In this document: piece after piece, positions 23,555-33,400 of the stretch
Layout of the letters: each line of letters begins with the position of its first letter
Numbering within the stretch: the stretch's first letter is position 1
NCBI GenBank assembly: GCA_963834385.1
Contig: CAWIBO010000005.1
Span: 32,001-96,000, forward strand
Direction of reading: 5' to 3'
Length of the DNA: 64,000 bases
Origin: an uncultured Verrucomicrobiae bacterium
Lineage (GTDB): Bacteria; Verrucomicrobiota; Verrucomicrobiia; Chthoniobacterales; UBA10450
The notes under the pieces: model-generated
The model's database searches: none
The model's input: the letters and a program-made list of their open reading frames with translations, nothing else
Told to the model about the DNA's origin: nothing
Made by a program: the position numbers and the translations under genes

Positions 23555-24355
23555 TCAGTCCGAAAGGAGGCGCTGCTGCTGGATCCATTCGCCATAGGTG
23601 GTGACCTCGCGGCCGCCGGCGGCTTCGTCGATCAACCGGGTGACCTGTTGCCAGACGGGCGGGTGGGCATGGTCGGTGGGATGAAGGCTGATGCGCAGGA
23701 GGGGCCGTGTTTTGGTCACGGTATAAAGGGCGCGGTTCCAGCCGCGGCTGACAACGCGGCGCCAGCCGCTGCGGACGCTGTAGACGAGTGAGGGCGAGGG
23801 GTAATCGCGCCGGGTGCGCAGGTCGCGCACGCTGCCGAGACGCGTGGTGTACTCCATCTCGGCGTCGCGCGCGGCCGCTTCCGCTTCCGTTCCAAGAAGC
23901 CAGGCGGGCGCGATAAAGCCGCGCGGTTCAAAACCGAGCCGGCGAAACTCTTCCCGGGCGGTCGTGATGCGCCGGAACGCCTCCGCATACGAGAGATCGT
24001 AGAACTCCCCCTCGTCGTCGGTGTAAAAGCGGGTGATCAATTTTTGCCAGGGAGTTTCGCCCGGGTGCCGGGCGCGCTCATGAAAGTAGCCGTGAATGAC
24101 CACTTCGTGGCCTTCCTCCTGCAAACTCTGCAGCCAGCTCGCGAAAGCGCGGTCGTCGCTGATGGCGCCGCGGTGATGGTAATTGGGCACCACGAGAAGC
24201 GAGCAGGAGGAGACCCCGCGGCGTTTGAGCTCGCCCAGGATGGTGGCCGCCGTTTCCCGGGTGCCGGGGGCGACGTCATGCAGCGAGACCACCAGGGCTT
24301 CGCCCCGTTCCGCCACGGGCACCGGAAGAACTGCAGTGGCGATGGCGGACGTCAT
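23555..24355 (-). CDS. DUF2334 / polysaccharide deacetylase-like protein
   Basis: VSLHDVAP, HGYFH, GFIAPAW, RISLHP. Confidence 0.8.
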   Translation of the reverse strand: MTSAIATAVLPVPVAERGEALVVSLHDVAPGTRETAATILGELKRRGVSSCSLLVVPNYHHRGAISDDRAFASWLQSLQEEGHEVVIHGYFHERARHPGETPWQKLITRFYTDDEGEFYDLSYAEAFRRITTAREEFRRLGFEPRGFIAPAWLLGTEAEAAARDAEMEYTTRLGSVRDLRTRRDYPSPSLVYSVRSGWRRVVSRGWNRALYTVTKTRPLLRISLHPTDHAHPPVWQQVTRLIDEAAGGREVTTYGEWIQQQRLLSD

Positions 24356-24376
24356 CGGCGCGAATCTCCACGCCGC

Positions 24377-24814
24377 CTACTCGGGCGACAAGCGTAAACG
24401 GACCCGGCCGCCCCCCATCTTCTCAATCTCACGAAATTCCTCCGGCGCGACCGGCTGCACGGAAAGACGGGCCAGGCGAAGCAGGGCCATGCCGCTGAGC
24501 TTCCTGCTGGCCTTGATGGCGTCGAGGGGGACGGCCTCTTTCAGGCCGGCCAAAGGCGCCAGCTCCACCGCGCTCCAGTCGCCCTCGCGGGCGGTGGGAT
24601 CGGGAAAGGCGGGCCGCGCCACCCGGGCAATGCCGACGACCGCCTTCTCGCTGACGCTGTGATAGAAAAGAACATCGTCGCCGCGTTTCATGGCGCGAAG
24701 ATGGTTGCGGGCGGAAAAGTTGCGCACCCCGGTCCAGTCGGTGCGTTTCTCCCGCACCAGGTCGTTCCAGGAGTAGGTTTCCGGTTCCGATTTCACGAGC
24801 CAGCACTGTTTCAC
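24377..24814 (-). CDS. EVE domain protein
   Basis: WLVKSEPETYSW, WTGVRNFSARNHL, LFYHS, RLSVQPV. Confidence 0.9.
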   Translation of the reverse strand: MKQCWLVKSEPETYSWNDLVREKRTDWTGVRNFSARNHLRAMKRGDDVLFYHSVSEKAVVGIARVARPAFPDPTAREGDWSAVELAPLAGLKEAVPLDAIKASRKLSGMALLRLARLSVQPVAPEEFREIEKMGGGRVRLRLSPE

Positions 24815-24886
24815 CGGCCCAGCTTGCCGGGACGCGCGGCCGGAGACAATCCCGGCGATTCGACAAGTGGGCGCTCCTGTTTCAAG

Positions 24887-25558
24887 ATGCCGCAGATGAC
24901 CGCGCCACCATTCATCACCTTTGAAGGCTGTGAAGGCTGCGGCAAATCGACCCAGGTCAAACGGCTGGCCGCGCGTTTGCAGGCGGCGGGGGTGCCGCTT
25001 CTCCTCACCCGGGAGCCCGGCGGGACGCCGCTCGGCGAGGCGATTCGTGAGCTGCTTCTTTTTACGCCAAAAGGAGCCGCCATCTCGGCCGAGGCGGAAA
25101 TTCTTCTGTTCGCCGCCAGCCGGAGCCAGCTTGTCCGGGAAGTGATCGAGCCGGCCCGGGCCCGGGGGGAATGGGTCATCTCCGACCGGTTCCACGATTC
25201 CACCACCGTTTACCAGGGAGCGGCGCGTCGCCTCGCCGGGGAGGCGGTCGCGCGCATCAACGCGTTCGCCGTGGGCGAGTGCGTCCCGGACCTGACGCTT
25301 GTTCTCGATGTCGATGTGCAGACGGCGCGCGCGCGCATGTTGCGGCGGGTGCGCCCGGCCGGCCCGGCCGACCGCATGGAAGAAGAGCCGCTGGCGTTTC
25401 ACGAGGAGGTTCGCCGGGGTTATCACGACCTCGCCACGCAGGAACCGGAACGCGTCCGACTGGTTGACGCCTCGGCCGCGCCCGGCGATATCGAGCACGA
25501 AATCTGGCGGCAGGTCACGGAACGTTTTGCGGTGCCGGCCGGCGCCGCCGGGGTCTGA
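24887..25558 (+). CDS. tmk: Thymidylate kinase
   Basis: FITFEGCEGCGKSTQ, TREPGGT, SDRFHDST..YQG. Confidence 0.95.
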   Translation: MPQMTAPPFITFEGCEGCGKSTQVKRLAARLQAAGVPLLLTREPGGTPLGEAIRELLLFTPKGAAISAEAEILLFAASRSQLVREVIEPARARGEWVISDRFHDSTTVYQGAARRLAGEAVARINAFAVGECVPDLTLVLDVDVQTARARMLRRVRPAGPADRMEEEPLAFHEEVRRGYHDLATQEPERVRLVDASAAPGDIEHEIWRQVTERFAVPAGAAGV

Positions 25559-25559
25559 C

Positions 25560-26531
25560 ATGGCGCTCACCCCGGCCGCGGCTCTCCAGTATCTTTCGCG
25601 CAGTCATGAGCGCGACCGCCTCGGACACGCCTATCTGATCAGCGGTCCGCCCGGGAGCGGGAAGAAGCAGCTCGCGGCCGAGCTGGCCCACGCGCTCAAC
25701 GGCATTTCGCCCGGCACGGTTTTCAATGACAACACCGCCAGCGTTTACGTGGCGGAACCGCAGTCGAAATCACGCAAGATCGTGATTGAACAGATTCGCG
25801 GCCTTGAACATTTCCTCCAGTTGCGCTCGGATTCTGTGCGCAAGCTCGCCATCCTGATTGATGCCGACCGGATGCAGCCGCAGGCGGCCAACGCCTTCCT
25901 GAAGACGCTGGAGGAACCGCCGCGCGGCTCGTTGTTGCTCCTGCTCACGACGCTTCCGGAAGCCTTGCCCGACACGATTGTCTCGCGCTGTCTCGGGTTG
26001 CCGTTGGCGGCGCCGGCCGAACGCCGGCTCAGCGAGGAGGAGCAGGCGCTGGTCGCGTTGCTGGAGGAGGCCACGCGTGAACCGGGCCGCTCGGTGCAGG
26101 GCGCCTACGCGCTCGGCCAGGGGTTCCAACGGCTGCTCGGCGGCATCCGGCAGAACATCCAGGATGAGAACGCGGCGGCGCTGAAGCGGGATGAAACGCG
26201 CTACAAGAACACCACCGATGGCGCCTGGCTGGATGAGCGGGAGGATTACTACAAGGCGCTTTCCGAGAGCGCGTATATCGCCCAGCGAGCCCGGCTGGTG
26301 GAGGTTCTTTTTGCCTGGTGGAGCGACGTGCTCCGGGTCCGGAGCGGGGTGGATCGCCGCGAGCTGGAGGAAGCGCGGAGCGCGACCGAGCGGCTGGCGC
26401 AAACCATGGAGATTCCGGCGATCCTGCGTCGCATCAGACGGCTGGAGGAGTTGCGCGATCATCTCGGCCGCAACATCCAGGAAGCGCTGGCGCTGGAAAC
26501 GGCCTTCCTGCGCGTTTTTGCGGCGGATTAA
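25560..26531 (+). CDS. holB: DNA polymerase III subunit delta'
   Basis: HAYLISGPPGSGK, AANAFLKTLEEPP, TIVSRC; follows tmk. Confidence 0.92.
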   Translation: MALTPAAALQYLSRSHERDRLGHAYLISGPPGSGKKQLAAELAHALNGISPGTVFNDNTASVYVAEPQSKSRKIVIEQIRGLEHFLQLRSDSVRKLAILIDADRMQPQAANAFLKTLEEPPRGSLLLLLTTLPEALPDTIVSRCLGLPLAAPAERRLSEEEQALVALLEEATREPGRSVQGAYALGQGFQRLLGGIRQNIQDENAAALKRDETRYKNTTDGAWLDEREDYYKALSESAYIAQRARLVEVLFAWWSDVLRVRSGVDRRELEEARSATERLAQTMEIPAILRRIRRLEELRDHLGRNIQEALALETAFLRVFAAD

Positions 26532-26914
26532 CCGTCGCGCCCGCTCTTCACCGTGGCCATGGCGCCACCCGACCGTTCCCCGCCAAGGCGCAACGCCGCC
26601 GTGCCGGGAACCGGCAGTCGGTAGGAACGGTCAAACAGATTGGCCCGGCGCCATGTGCGCGAGGCGTGCCAGAGAAGGTAAAGCGCCATCAAGCCGGCCA
26701 GCGTTCCGCCCACGAGGAGCCAGCGCCGGGGAATGCGAATGCCCTCCTCGGTGATCGGCCGGGCGGGCGCGGCCGTGGCCGGCTGCGGCGGGGCGGGGAA
26801 CCGCTGATCGCCCGGCAGGGGCGGCGCCTGCTGCGCCGGCAAAAGGGCGGCCAACCAAAGGAACAGCAAAAGGATCGCCCCGCCCTTTCGCGTCCGGTGA
26901 AGGAAGAGGCTCAT
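26528..26914 (-). CDS. Hypothetical membrane protein
   Basis: Signal-like and TM segments; overlaps TPM gene stop. Confidence 0.5.
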   Translation of the reverse strand: MSLFLHRTRKGGAILLLFLWLAALLPAQQAPPLPGDQRFPAPPQPATAAPARPITEEGIRIPRRWLLVGGTLAGLMALYLLWHASRTWRRANLFDRSYRLPVPGTAALRLGGERSGGAMATVKSGRDG

Positions 26915-27483
26915 GAATTGGTCACCCCGGTTTGCGACCGGCGTTGTTCCTCCAGCTCGAGCGCGATCTGCCGCAGACGCTCGGTCGTGGCGGCGAGACA
27001 GCCGCGGATGGCCTCCGGCCAGCGCGCGGCGGTCACGTCCTCCCGGGCTCCTGCGAGAATGGCCCGGAGGTCTTCTTCCTTCAGATAATCTTCCAGCCCG
27101 TAACCGATCACGAGCGCCGCCTCGCGTTTCCCCGGCGCCAGTACCAGCAGCATATCGAAATTTTCCGGCCCGATGGAGGTCAGGGAACTGAAGCGCACGC
27201 GGTTGACCAGCCAAAAGGCATACTCGGTCACCGAACCGCCGGGCGGCGGATCCGCCACGAAAACCGAGAACACGACCTGCGGGAAACGTTCCTCGAACAG
27301 CTCGAGGTCGCGGCGCAGGCTGGCGATGTCGGCGAGATTCATGGCCTGCGACCGATCGGTCAGATGCGACGCATGCCGGGGGACGGCCCCGAACCGAAGA
27401 TCAAGCGCGCGCAGGGTCAGGCGGCAGTGCGGACATTGCGGTTCGGCCGCGGGAAGAACCTGCGCGCAGGAGGGGCATTTCAT
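26911..27483 (-). CDS. TPM-domain protein with N-terminal zinc ribbon
   Basis: CPSC..CPHC; AALVIGYGLEDYL. Confidence 0.7.
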   Translation of the reverse strand: MKCPSCAQVLPAAEPQCPHCRLTLRALDLRFGAVPRHASHLTDRSQAMNLADIASLRRDLELFEERFPQVVFSVFVADPPPGGSVTEYAFWLVNRVRFSSLTSIGPENFDMLLVLAPGKREAALVIGYGLEDYLKEEDLRAILAGAREDVTAARWPEAIRGCLAATTERLRQIALELEEQRRSQTGVTNS

Positions 27484-27658
27484 GGTGGTGCTCGCGTCGC
27501 TTTCGGGATTGAGCCGTGCGGGGGCGGCGGTCCCTATATAGCGGGAACCGTGCGAGTCTGCATCTTTCCCCGGGAACGCCACGGTGGCCGACCGCAGGAA
27601 TGGTAAAAAGGCGAGCGAGGGGGCCTGCGTTGTCGGGGAAGAGGCCGCGGCGGGAGTC

Positions 27659-28045
27659 TCAGGCCGTCATTTGCTTGCGCAAATGCTCAACCACCGGGCA
27701 ATGCTCCGCCTGCGGACTAAAGAGAATGATCTCGGAATCCGCGCCGGTCCGCACCGAGTGGCCGGGTGGCCAGTAAAAAAGTTCGCCGGCCCGGACTGTT
27801 TCCTCTGATTTGTCTCCAAAGGTCACGGTGATTTCGCCCTCGAGGAGATAACCCCAGTGCGGCGACTGGCAGAGGTCCGACTCCAGGCCTTTCAGGAGGG
27901 GCGCGATGTCGCCTCCCGCCTTGAGCGAGAAATATTCGCCGGCCATTTTGCCGTAGCCGGTGGCGTCGCCGAAATCGAGGACCTGCCGGGCAACCGCGCC
28001 GGGGACGTTGATGCGGGCCGGGATATCATCTTTCGCGATCTTCAT
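27659..28045 (-). CDS. Cupin-domain protein
   Basis: CQSPHWGYLLEG, FYWPPGH. Confidence 0.8.
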   Translation of the reverse strand: MKIAKDDIPARINVPGAVARQVLDFGDATGYGKMAGEYFSLKAGGDIAPLLKGLESDLCQSPHWGYLLEGEITVTFGDKSEETVRAGELFYWPPGHSVRTGADSEIILFSPQAEHCPVVEHLRKQMTA

Positions 28046-28130
28046 ATGTCTCTGGATTCGGATTTGTCGGAGGCGCTGCGTGGGTGACGCAGAAATGAGG
28101 GAGGTCGAGCCGGCTCCCGCTGTCCACGGT

Positions 28131-28997
28131 TCAGGCGGTGGCCACGCCCACGACCATCTCGCATGGGCCGGCAAAGCCGTCTGGTCCTTCGAACTGCCGC
28201 AGTTCCTGCTCGATCTCCCGCCAGGTTTCTTCGCGTTCCGCTTCGCCCAGCCCGCTCATCATCTGGTGCAGGGCGCCGAACGATTCACGCTCGAAACGCA
28301 CACACTCGTCTGCCGACGCAAGGTGAAGCGGCGCCGCCACCGTCCTGACCTCGCAATCGCGGAAACCGGCTTTTTCGTAGGCGGCGGTGAGCGCGCCCGG
28401 GCCACCGAGGCTGAACGGCCCGGGTTGGCCCGGCAACGGCGGCGGGAGGTTGGCCCGGCGGCGAATGATCCCGATGGGAATCGAGAAGAACCGGTTGTTC
28501 TCGGCGGTCGAATAAACGATCGCTCCGATCCGCCCGTCCGGCTTGAGCACACCGCGCATGCCCGTCAGCGCTTTTTGCTGATCGGGAAAATAGATCAGGC
28601 CCACGCGCGAGATGACGGTGTCAAACGAAGTCGGTTCCAGTTCGTCCAGCTTCTCGCCGTCGAGCACGCGCGTCTGCACGTTTTTGAACCCGGCTTTTTC
28701 CGCGTCGCGCGCCGCATATTCCAGGATGGCGGGCGAGATATCGGTGGCCAGGACGTGCCCGGAAGGGCCAACCCGGCGGGCCACCGCCAGGGTCTGTTCC
28801 CCGGCGCCGGCGGCGACGTCGAGCACCCGGCTGCCCTCTCCCACGCCCGCCATGTCCAGCATGGTCTCCGTGGCCGGGCCCAGCCACGCTGCAAGGGTCG
28901 GTCCCCAGCGATGCCAGGCCGCCGCCGCGACCTCCCATTGCTCGCGGGTCGTATTCTTGTATTTGACCGGATCGAACGCTGGCCGTGGATCAGTCAT
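28131..28997 (-). CDS. Class I SAM-dependent methyltransferase
   Basis: VLDVAAGAGE, LATDIS, PGPFSLG. Confidence 0.88.
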   Translation of the reverse strand: MTDPRPAFDPVKYKNTTREQWEVAAAAWHRWGPTLAAWLGPATETMLDMAGVGEGSRVLDVAAGAGEQTLAVARRVGPSGHVLATDISPAILEYAARDAEKAGFKNVQTRVLDGEKLDELEPTSFDTVISRVGLIYFPDQQKALTGMRGVLKPDGRIGAIVYSTAENNRFFSIPIGIIRRRANLPPPLPGQPGPFSLGGPGALTAAYEKAGFRDCEVRTVAAPLHLASADECVRFERESFGALHQMMSGLGEAEREETWREIEQELRQFEGPDGFAGPCEMVVGVATA

Positions 28998-29077
28998 CCT
29001 ACTCCTTCATCGTTTCGGGACGCCCCTCTGCGTGTGGGGCCACGCTGAAGACCTTATCATCCGCCCGCCGGTGGCGT

Positions 29078-29827
29078 TCGGAGGGACCGGCTTCCGTAGA
29101 TCGTCTTGGGAGCTTTAAGTCTTAAGTGTTAAGTTTTAAGCGCGAAATCTGTGGCGTCCGCTCTCCCCGGCGGATCGGGGCCTGACAAATCAAGCGAACG
29201 TCCGGGTCGTTGCCTTAAAGCGCTGCGGTGTGTTCATCGCTTATGGGCAAGTGTGAAGTGGATCGGGACCTTCACCTCGGCCGGGGTGCCAGGCTTGAAT
29301 CGCCACCTCGAAAAGGCTTCCAGCGCGGCGCCATCAAGCAGCTTGTTCCCCGTGCTCTTCAGCATGCGCGCGCCGCGCACTTTTCCCGTTGTCGTATCGA
29401 CGACGAGCAGTACGACACCGCTGCCGGTAATTCCCTTCACCCGGGCCGCATACGGATAGATTGGTCTTGGCAGGCTGTTATCTCTCGCTGCCGCGATGGA
29501 AAGAGTCGCAAGTGAGAGGATCAGCACCAAACGTATGATCGGCGTCGTCATTCACCAGAAGGGACTGCCAACCATGTTGCCAGAATGACGACCCTGTCGC
29601 AAACGTTTGCGGGAGCGAGTGGGAGGCAGAGGTACGCCGCCTCGCCGACGAGGAGAAATGGAGGACATAATGGCTTGAGTGGCACGTGTTCGATCAGCGC
29701 TGCAGGGGATCGGAGGGACCTGCTTCCGCAGGTCCGCGGACGAACGGAAGTCGTCCGTCTTGGGAGCTTTAAGTTTTAAGCTCGAAATCTTTAGCCTCCG
29801 CTGCCCTTAGCGGATCGGTTCCCGACG
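29078..29827. repeat. Imperfect ~110-bp direct repeats (29078-29190 and 29711-29827) flanking the TonB-C gene
   Basis: Shared cggagggacc.gcttccg, cgtcttgggagctttaag..ttaagc.cgaaatct and tccgct..gcggatcgg. Confidence 0.65.
29234..29551 (-). CDS. TonB C-terminal domain protein
   Basis: PIYPYAARVKGITGSG, KSTGNKLLDGAALEAFSRWRFKPG. Confidence 0.8.
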   Translation of the reverse strand: MTTPIIRLVLILSLATLSIAAARDNSLPRPIYPYAARVKGITGSGVVLLVVDTTTGKVRGARMLKSTGNKLLDGAALEAFSRWRFKPGTPAEVKVPIHFTLAHKR

Positions 29828-30164
29828 ATTCACCATTCACCATTCACGTTTGAAAAATCCGCCGGGGCCGGCGCACGCTAACGGCGCTGTCTGGTTTACC
29901 GCGTTGTCCGGCAAATGGACGTGACCAGCGCAGGTCGCGCTGTAGCGTCCGCTGTCCTCAGCGGACCCTCTGCACGGAGTAAAGAACGGGGGATTATATC
30001 GAATGCTTAAAGCATTCGATCGGAATTGGGGGCGGCCATCAGGGAAGCGAGGGTGACAGTGATGAGGTTCCGGGCTGCGATGCGCCGCGAACGCGCCGAA
30101 GGAAGGCAGAAAGGAGGCCGGAGCAGCTCTCGGAAGACCGGACGCGATCGCAGAGGGCACGACG

Positions 30165-30618
30165 TCAGGCTGCACGGTCATCAGGTCTGACCGCGAACCA
30201 ATAGACCCAACCGATCAGGAACAGTTGCAGGGGAAGGCGAACCAGGAGGTAGCCTGGTCCGGCGGCGTGCCCGCCAAAATCGACGCGTTCCCAGGCGGCG
30301 TAAATATTCGAGGGGAAGATCAGCACCAGGAAAACGATCAGAGCCCGGCCGACGTGCCGCGACAGCGGGGTGACGAAAATGAGCACCGCGGCCAGCAACT
30401 CGAGGATCCCCGTGACATAAATCAATGGGAGGCGCGCCGGCACCCAGTCGGGAAGCATCAGCGTCATCTCCTGGGTCTTCAGGAAATGCCCGACGCCTGT
30501 AAACGCGAAAACCAGGGCGATGCCCGCCTTTCCCCTTAAAACTTTCGGAACCTTCAGAAACGCCAGGAGCCAGTAGGGCAACAGGAGCAACGCGAGAATG
30601 ATGGACGATGTTCAGCAT
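30165..30618 (-). CDS. DoxX-like membrane protein (start uncertain)
   Basis: FTGVGHF, YVTGILEL, FPSNIYAA, RLPLQ. Confidence 0.75.
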
Positions 30619-30774
30619 GCCGGGGCTTTATTTCAAAAAACCCGCACAAGCTCTGCCGTCCGCAGGCGGGCGCTTGCTCCGTTGCCTGCCCGGCGGTGAA
30701 GCGTTCATCACGTCAATGTAGCGCGGAGACGATCTGCCACAGAAAGCGGCCAGCGGTTCCGCGGGAGCGCCGGG

Positions 30775-31254
30775 TCAGGCCTGAAACCTGGCCGCTAATG
30801 CCTTGAGCGCTCCGTTCCAGGCGCGGTCAAACCACAGCCGTGCCTTGTCCCACTCCGGCGAATGTCCCCATCCGGTGTGAATGAGATGGACCTCTGTCGT
30901 GCCGTTCGGTTGCCCCGCGAAACTCACCAGGACATGCGTCGCCGGATCAGCTCCATTCATCGAATCGTCAAACATGTTCGGACCGATCCAGTCAAACCCG
31001 AGAAGCTTCTCGGGAACCAAAACGGTGATGCGACAGCCTGTCGTGCCACGATTCGGCGGCGCCGGGGGCGACTTCCAGAAGATCTCGTACTTGCCTCCGA
31101 GTTTGGGCTCAACGTCAGCACTGTCGGCGAGCCACGTGGCCAGCAGCTTCGAATCGGTGAAATGGCGAAACGCTTCGGCCGGCGAACATTTCAGGAGCGC
31201 GACGGCATGAATCACATTGTCCGCGTTTGAGTGCACCGAGGGGTTCTTCTCCAT
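30775..31254 (-). CDS. SRPBCC/AHSA1-like domain protein (start may be further upstream)
   Basis: AFRHFTDSKLLATW, DVEPKLGG, TEVHLIHTGW. Confidence 0.8.
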   Translation of the reverse strand: MEKNPSVHSNADNVIHAVALLKCSPAEAFRHFTDSKLLATWLADSADVEPKLGGKYEIFWKSPPAPPNRGTTGCRITVLVPEKLLGFDWIGPNMFDDSMNGADPATHVLVSFAGQPNGTTEVHLIHTGWGHSPEWDKARLWFDRAWNGALKALAARFQA

Positions 31255-31412
31255 TCGCTCCGAGGCTTCGTTCAGACCAGTCATGCCCGCGAGCACGATC
31301 ATACAGATCAGGCCATTGTTTGAGTAACATAATGTCCTGACGCGATGAAGTTCGGTTATGCCTACCGGGAGAAGGCCATGATGGTTGGTTGGTAGATACT
31401 CCTGCCATGATT

Positions 31413-31637
31413 TCATCTTGAAGCGTCGGTGGTGCCACGTGCGCTTTTTTGACGCCGGGGACGCAGCAGGAGCACGATGGCGCTGAGGCAGGCGAGACCA
31501 ATAACCGCGTAACCGATCTGCCATGGCAGCCGTCTGGCGGCCTCGGGATACTCGTAGCTCGCCATGAACCCGAAGACGCAGAAACCGACGACGGCCAGCA
31601 AGACCAGCGTTCCGAGGACGCGCGGGAGTATTTGCAT
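31413..31637 (-). CDS. Small 2-TM hypothetical protein
   Basis: 74 aa with two hydrophobic segments. Confidence 0.55.
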   Translation of the reverse strand: MQILPRVLGTLVLLAVVGFCVFGFMASYEYPEAARRLPWQIGYAVIGLACLSAIVLLLRPRRQKSARGTTDASR

Positions 31638-31787
31638 GTCAGTGACGAAGCAACGTGGCGCCGGCGCTCATGCTGCCGGCGACATGGATAAGAACAGCCG
31701 CCGGGGGAGATGGCGAGCTAAAATGTTTCGGCAGTTGCGCCGCCGCCCGGAGCCCAAACTTTAAGGAGTGGACCCTGCGGAAACGCC

Positions 31788-32588
31788 TCAAAACTCAGTC
31801 TTCCGCTTTCCCGGCATTGTCAGCTGGCGAAAATGAAATGTATTCGAAGAGTCCTTCTTCTCTTGCGCTGCCCACTGCGCTACCTCCTCAGCCGTCAGTT
31901 GGCTCTTGTAGCACTGCAGCGAAAGCATGGCCGTGCGCTCGTCTTCTTCAGAGAATCCAATGGAGACGTTTAGATACTGAGGAGCCACGGTGTTCAAGCC
32001 GACGCCAATGCTCTTCTTCAATTTCTCGTCGTCCTTCTGCTGCCAACCAAGATAGTAAAGAGGAAAGCGCTCGACCCACCCCTTGCTCAAGATCACCTCA
32101 GTCGTCATGTTCGAGACCATGCGGTGATCCGAGTGACCGGTATCGCCGTCCGGGCCGAAAGTCAGGATGGCATCCGGATTCAGCTCGTCGAATTTTGCCG
32201 CCAGAACGCGTTTCAACTTCGTCGATCGCTCGAAGTAAGCGCGGGTGCCATCCCTGGTATAATCGGTCGTGTCAAAGGCGTCGGTGAAGCCCAGGAAAAT
32301 GGGCGGCTGAATGCCTAGCGCGGCGCAGGCACATTCGCTCTCGGATTGCCTCAGCTTCACCAGCGCGTCTCCTGTTGGGAACCCCGGTTTAACGCCATGT
32401 CTCCCGTCCGTCACGATGATCACGTAAACCTTGTTCGTCCTGCCGTACTTCACCAGCAATTGTGCGATCGCTGCTTCGTCGTCGGGATGAGCGACCACCG
32501 CGACCATGACATTGCGCTTCTCGGCCCCCTGCGTGGCAGAGGCGAGACTCATGCCCAAGGCGAGGGCAGCGATTATCGAAGTATTCAT
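31788..32588 (-). CDS. PIG-L/LmbE family deacetylase (cassette 29 gene)
   Basis: AHPDDE, TDG, GHSDH, YKSQ; follows attC28. Confidence 0.88.
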   Translation of the reverse strand: MNTSIIAALALGMSLASATQGAEKRNVMVAVVAHPDDEAAIAQLLVKYGRTNKVYVIIVTDGRHGVKPGFPTGDALVKLRQSESECACAALGIQPPIFLGFTDAFDTTDYTRDGTRAYFERSTKLKRVLAAKFDELNPDAILTFGPDGDTGHSDHRMVSNMTTEVILSKGWVERFPLYYLGWQQKDDEKLKKSIGVGLNTVAPQYLNVSIGFSEEDERTAMLSLQCYKSQLTAEEVAQWAAQEKKDSSNTFHFRQLTMPGKRKTEF

Positions 32589-32630
32589 CGTGTGACCCTC
32601 CTGCGGGCGCGAACTAGTGTGATGCTGCAG

Positions 32631-32753
32631 GCCTCACGAGAGAGAAATGAGCGACCGCCACCGGGGTTGAGCGGGGCCTGAAGTGAATGCGATTCAGTCA
32701 TCTGAAATACAAAGGCAAAGCGGTGAGCGGTTGCCTCCATCGCCTGGTGAGAT
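32631..32753 (-). other. attC28 (degenerate; both cores GTG-type)
   Basis: gcctcacgagagagaaatgagcgaccgccacc ... ctccatcgcctggtgagat. Confidence 0.75.
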
Positions 32754-32765
32754 GCGTTCTTGCGC

Positions 32766-32981
32766 TCACGATGCGGAAATAAACTCTTCCGGGGAGACTC
32801 CCGCCTGCCTGAGGGCGCCCGCGAGCGTGCCAATTTTGAGCTCACGGTGAGTCGGGATAACGCAACCTGCCGCACCGCGCCGCAGCACAACATGGCTCCC
32901 GCGCTGACGCGCAACCGAAAACCCGAGGCGCTCAAGCCGTCGAACCGCCTCAGCGCCAGAGATCCGCGGAAGTCTAGGCAC
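32766..32981 (-). CDS. hicA: HicA-family toxin (cassette 28)
   Basis: LERLGFSVARQRGSH, IPTHRELKIGTLAGALRQAG. Confidence 0.88.
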   Translation of the reverse strand: MPRLPRISGAEAVRRLERLGFSVARQRGSHVVLRRGAAGCVIPTHRELKIGTLAGALRQAGVSPEEFISAS

Positions 32982-33183
32982 GAGAAGCAGCCACTTCGAA
33001 GGTAGTGACCAGCGGCTGACCGGCCGCCTGCAATGGAAACTCCTCAAGGTAGAGCTCTGTCGCCTCGCGGAGATTTGCAATGGCTTCGGGCACGCTCTCG
33101 CCCTGTGTGGTCGAGCCTGTTTCGGGATTGAGGGCGATGAAGCCGCCCTCCTCCGCCGGAATCAAAACGGCTGTCAGAACCAT
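32974..33183 (-). CDS. hicB: HicB-family antitoxin (cassette 28)
   Basis: EEGGFIALNPE..TQGESVPEAIANLREATELYLE. Confidence 0.88.
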   Translation of the reverse strand: MVLTAVLIPAEEGGFIALNPETGSTTQGESVPEAIANLREATELYLEEFPLQAAGQPLVTTFEVAASRA

Positions 33184-33244
33184 AGTGCAGTGTCGATGGC
33201 GAGATGCTGCGGGTCAAGATCGCGATCTGGCTTCGAGCGTCAGC

Positions 33245-33400
33245 ATCTAAAGAGAACAAGGTGAGCGACGGCGGACGACCGTGCCCGCAGTGTTACAGCG
33301 TTGCAGGCGGGGGGCGCGCGTCGCTCGGCGTGGAAAGGTGGAAGTCATCTCAAAAGTGAAGCGCAGAGCGGTCCGCCGTGCGCCCATGGCATGGTCAGGT
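33245..33400 (-). other. attC27 (family B with 33-bp insert; both cores mutated)
   Basis: atctaaagagaacaagg...gtccgccgtgcgcccatggcatggtcaggt. Confidence 0.75.

Noticed and set aside
31640..31780. A 29th attC after the PIG-L gene
   Set aside because: Weak palindromic character only; no RYYYAAC/GTTRRRY pair recognisable
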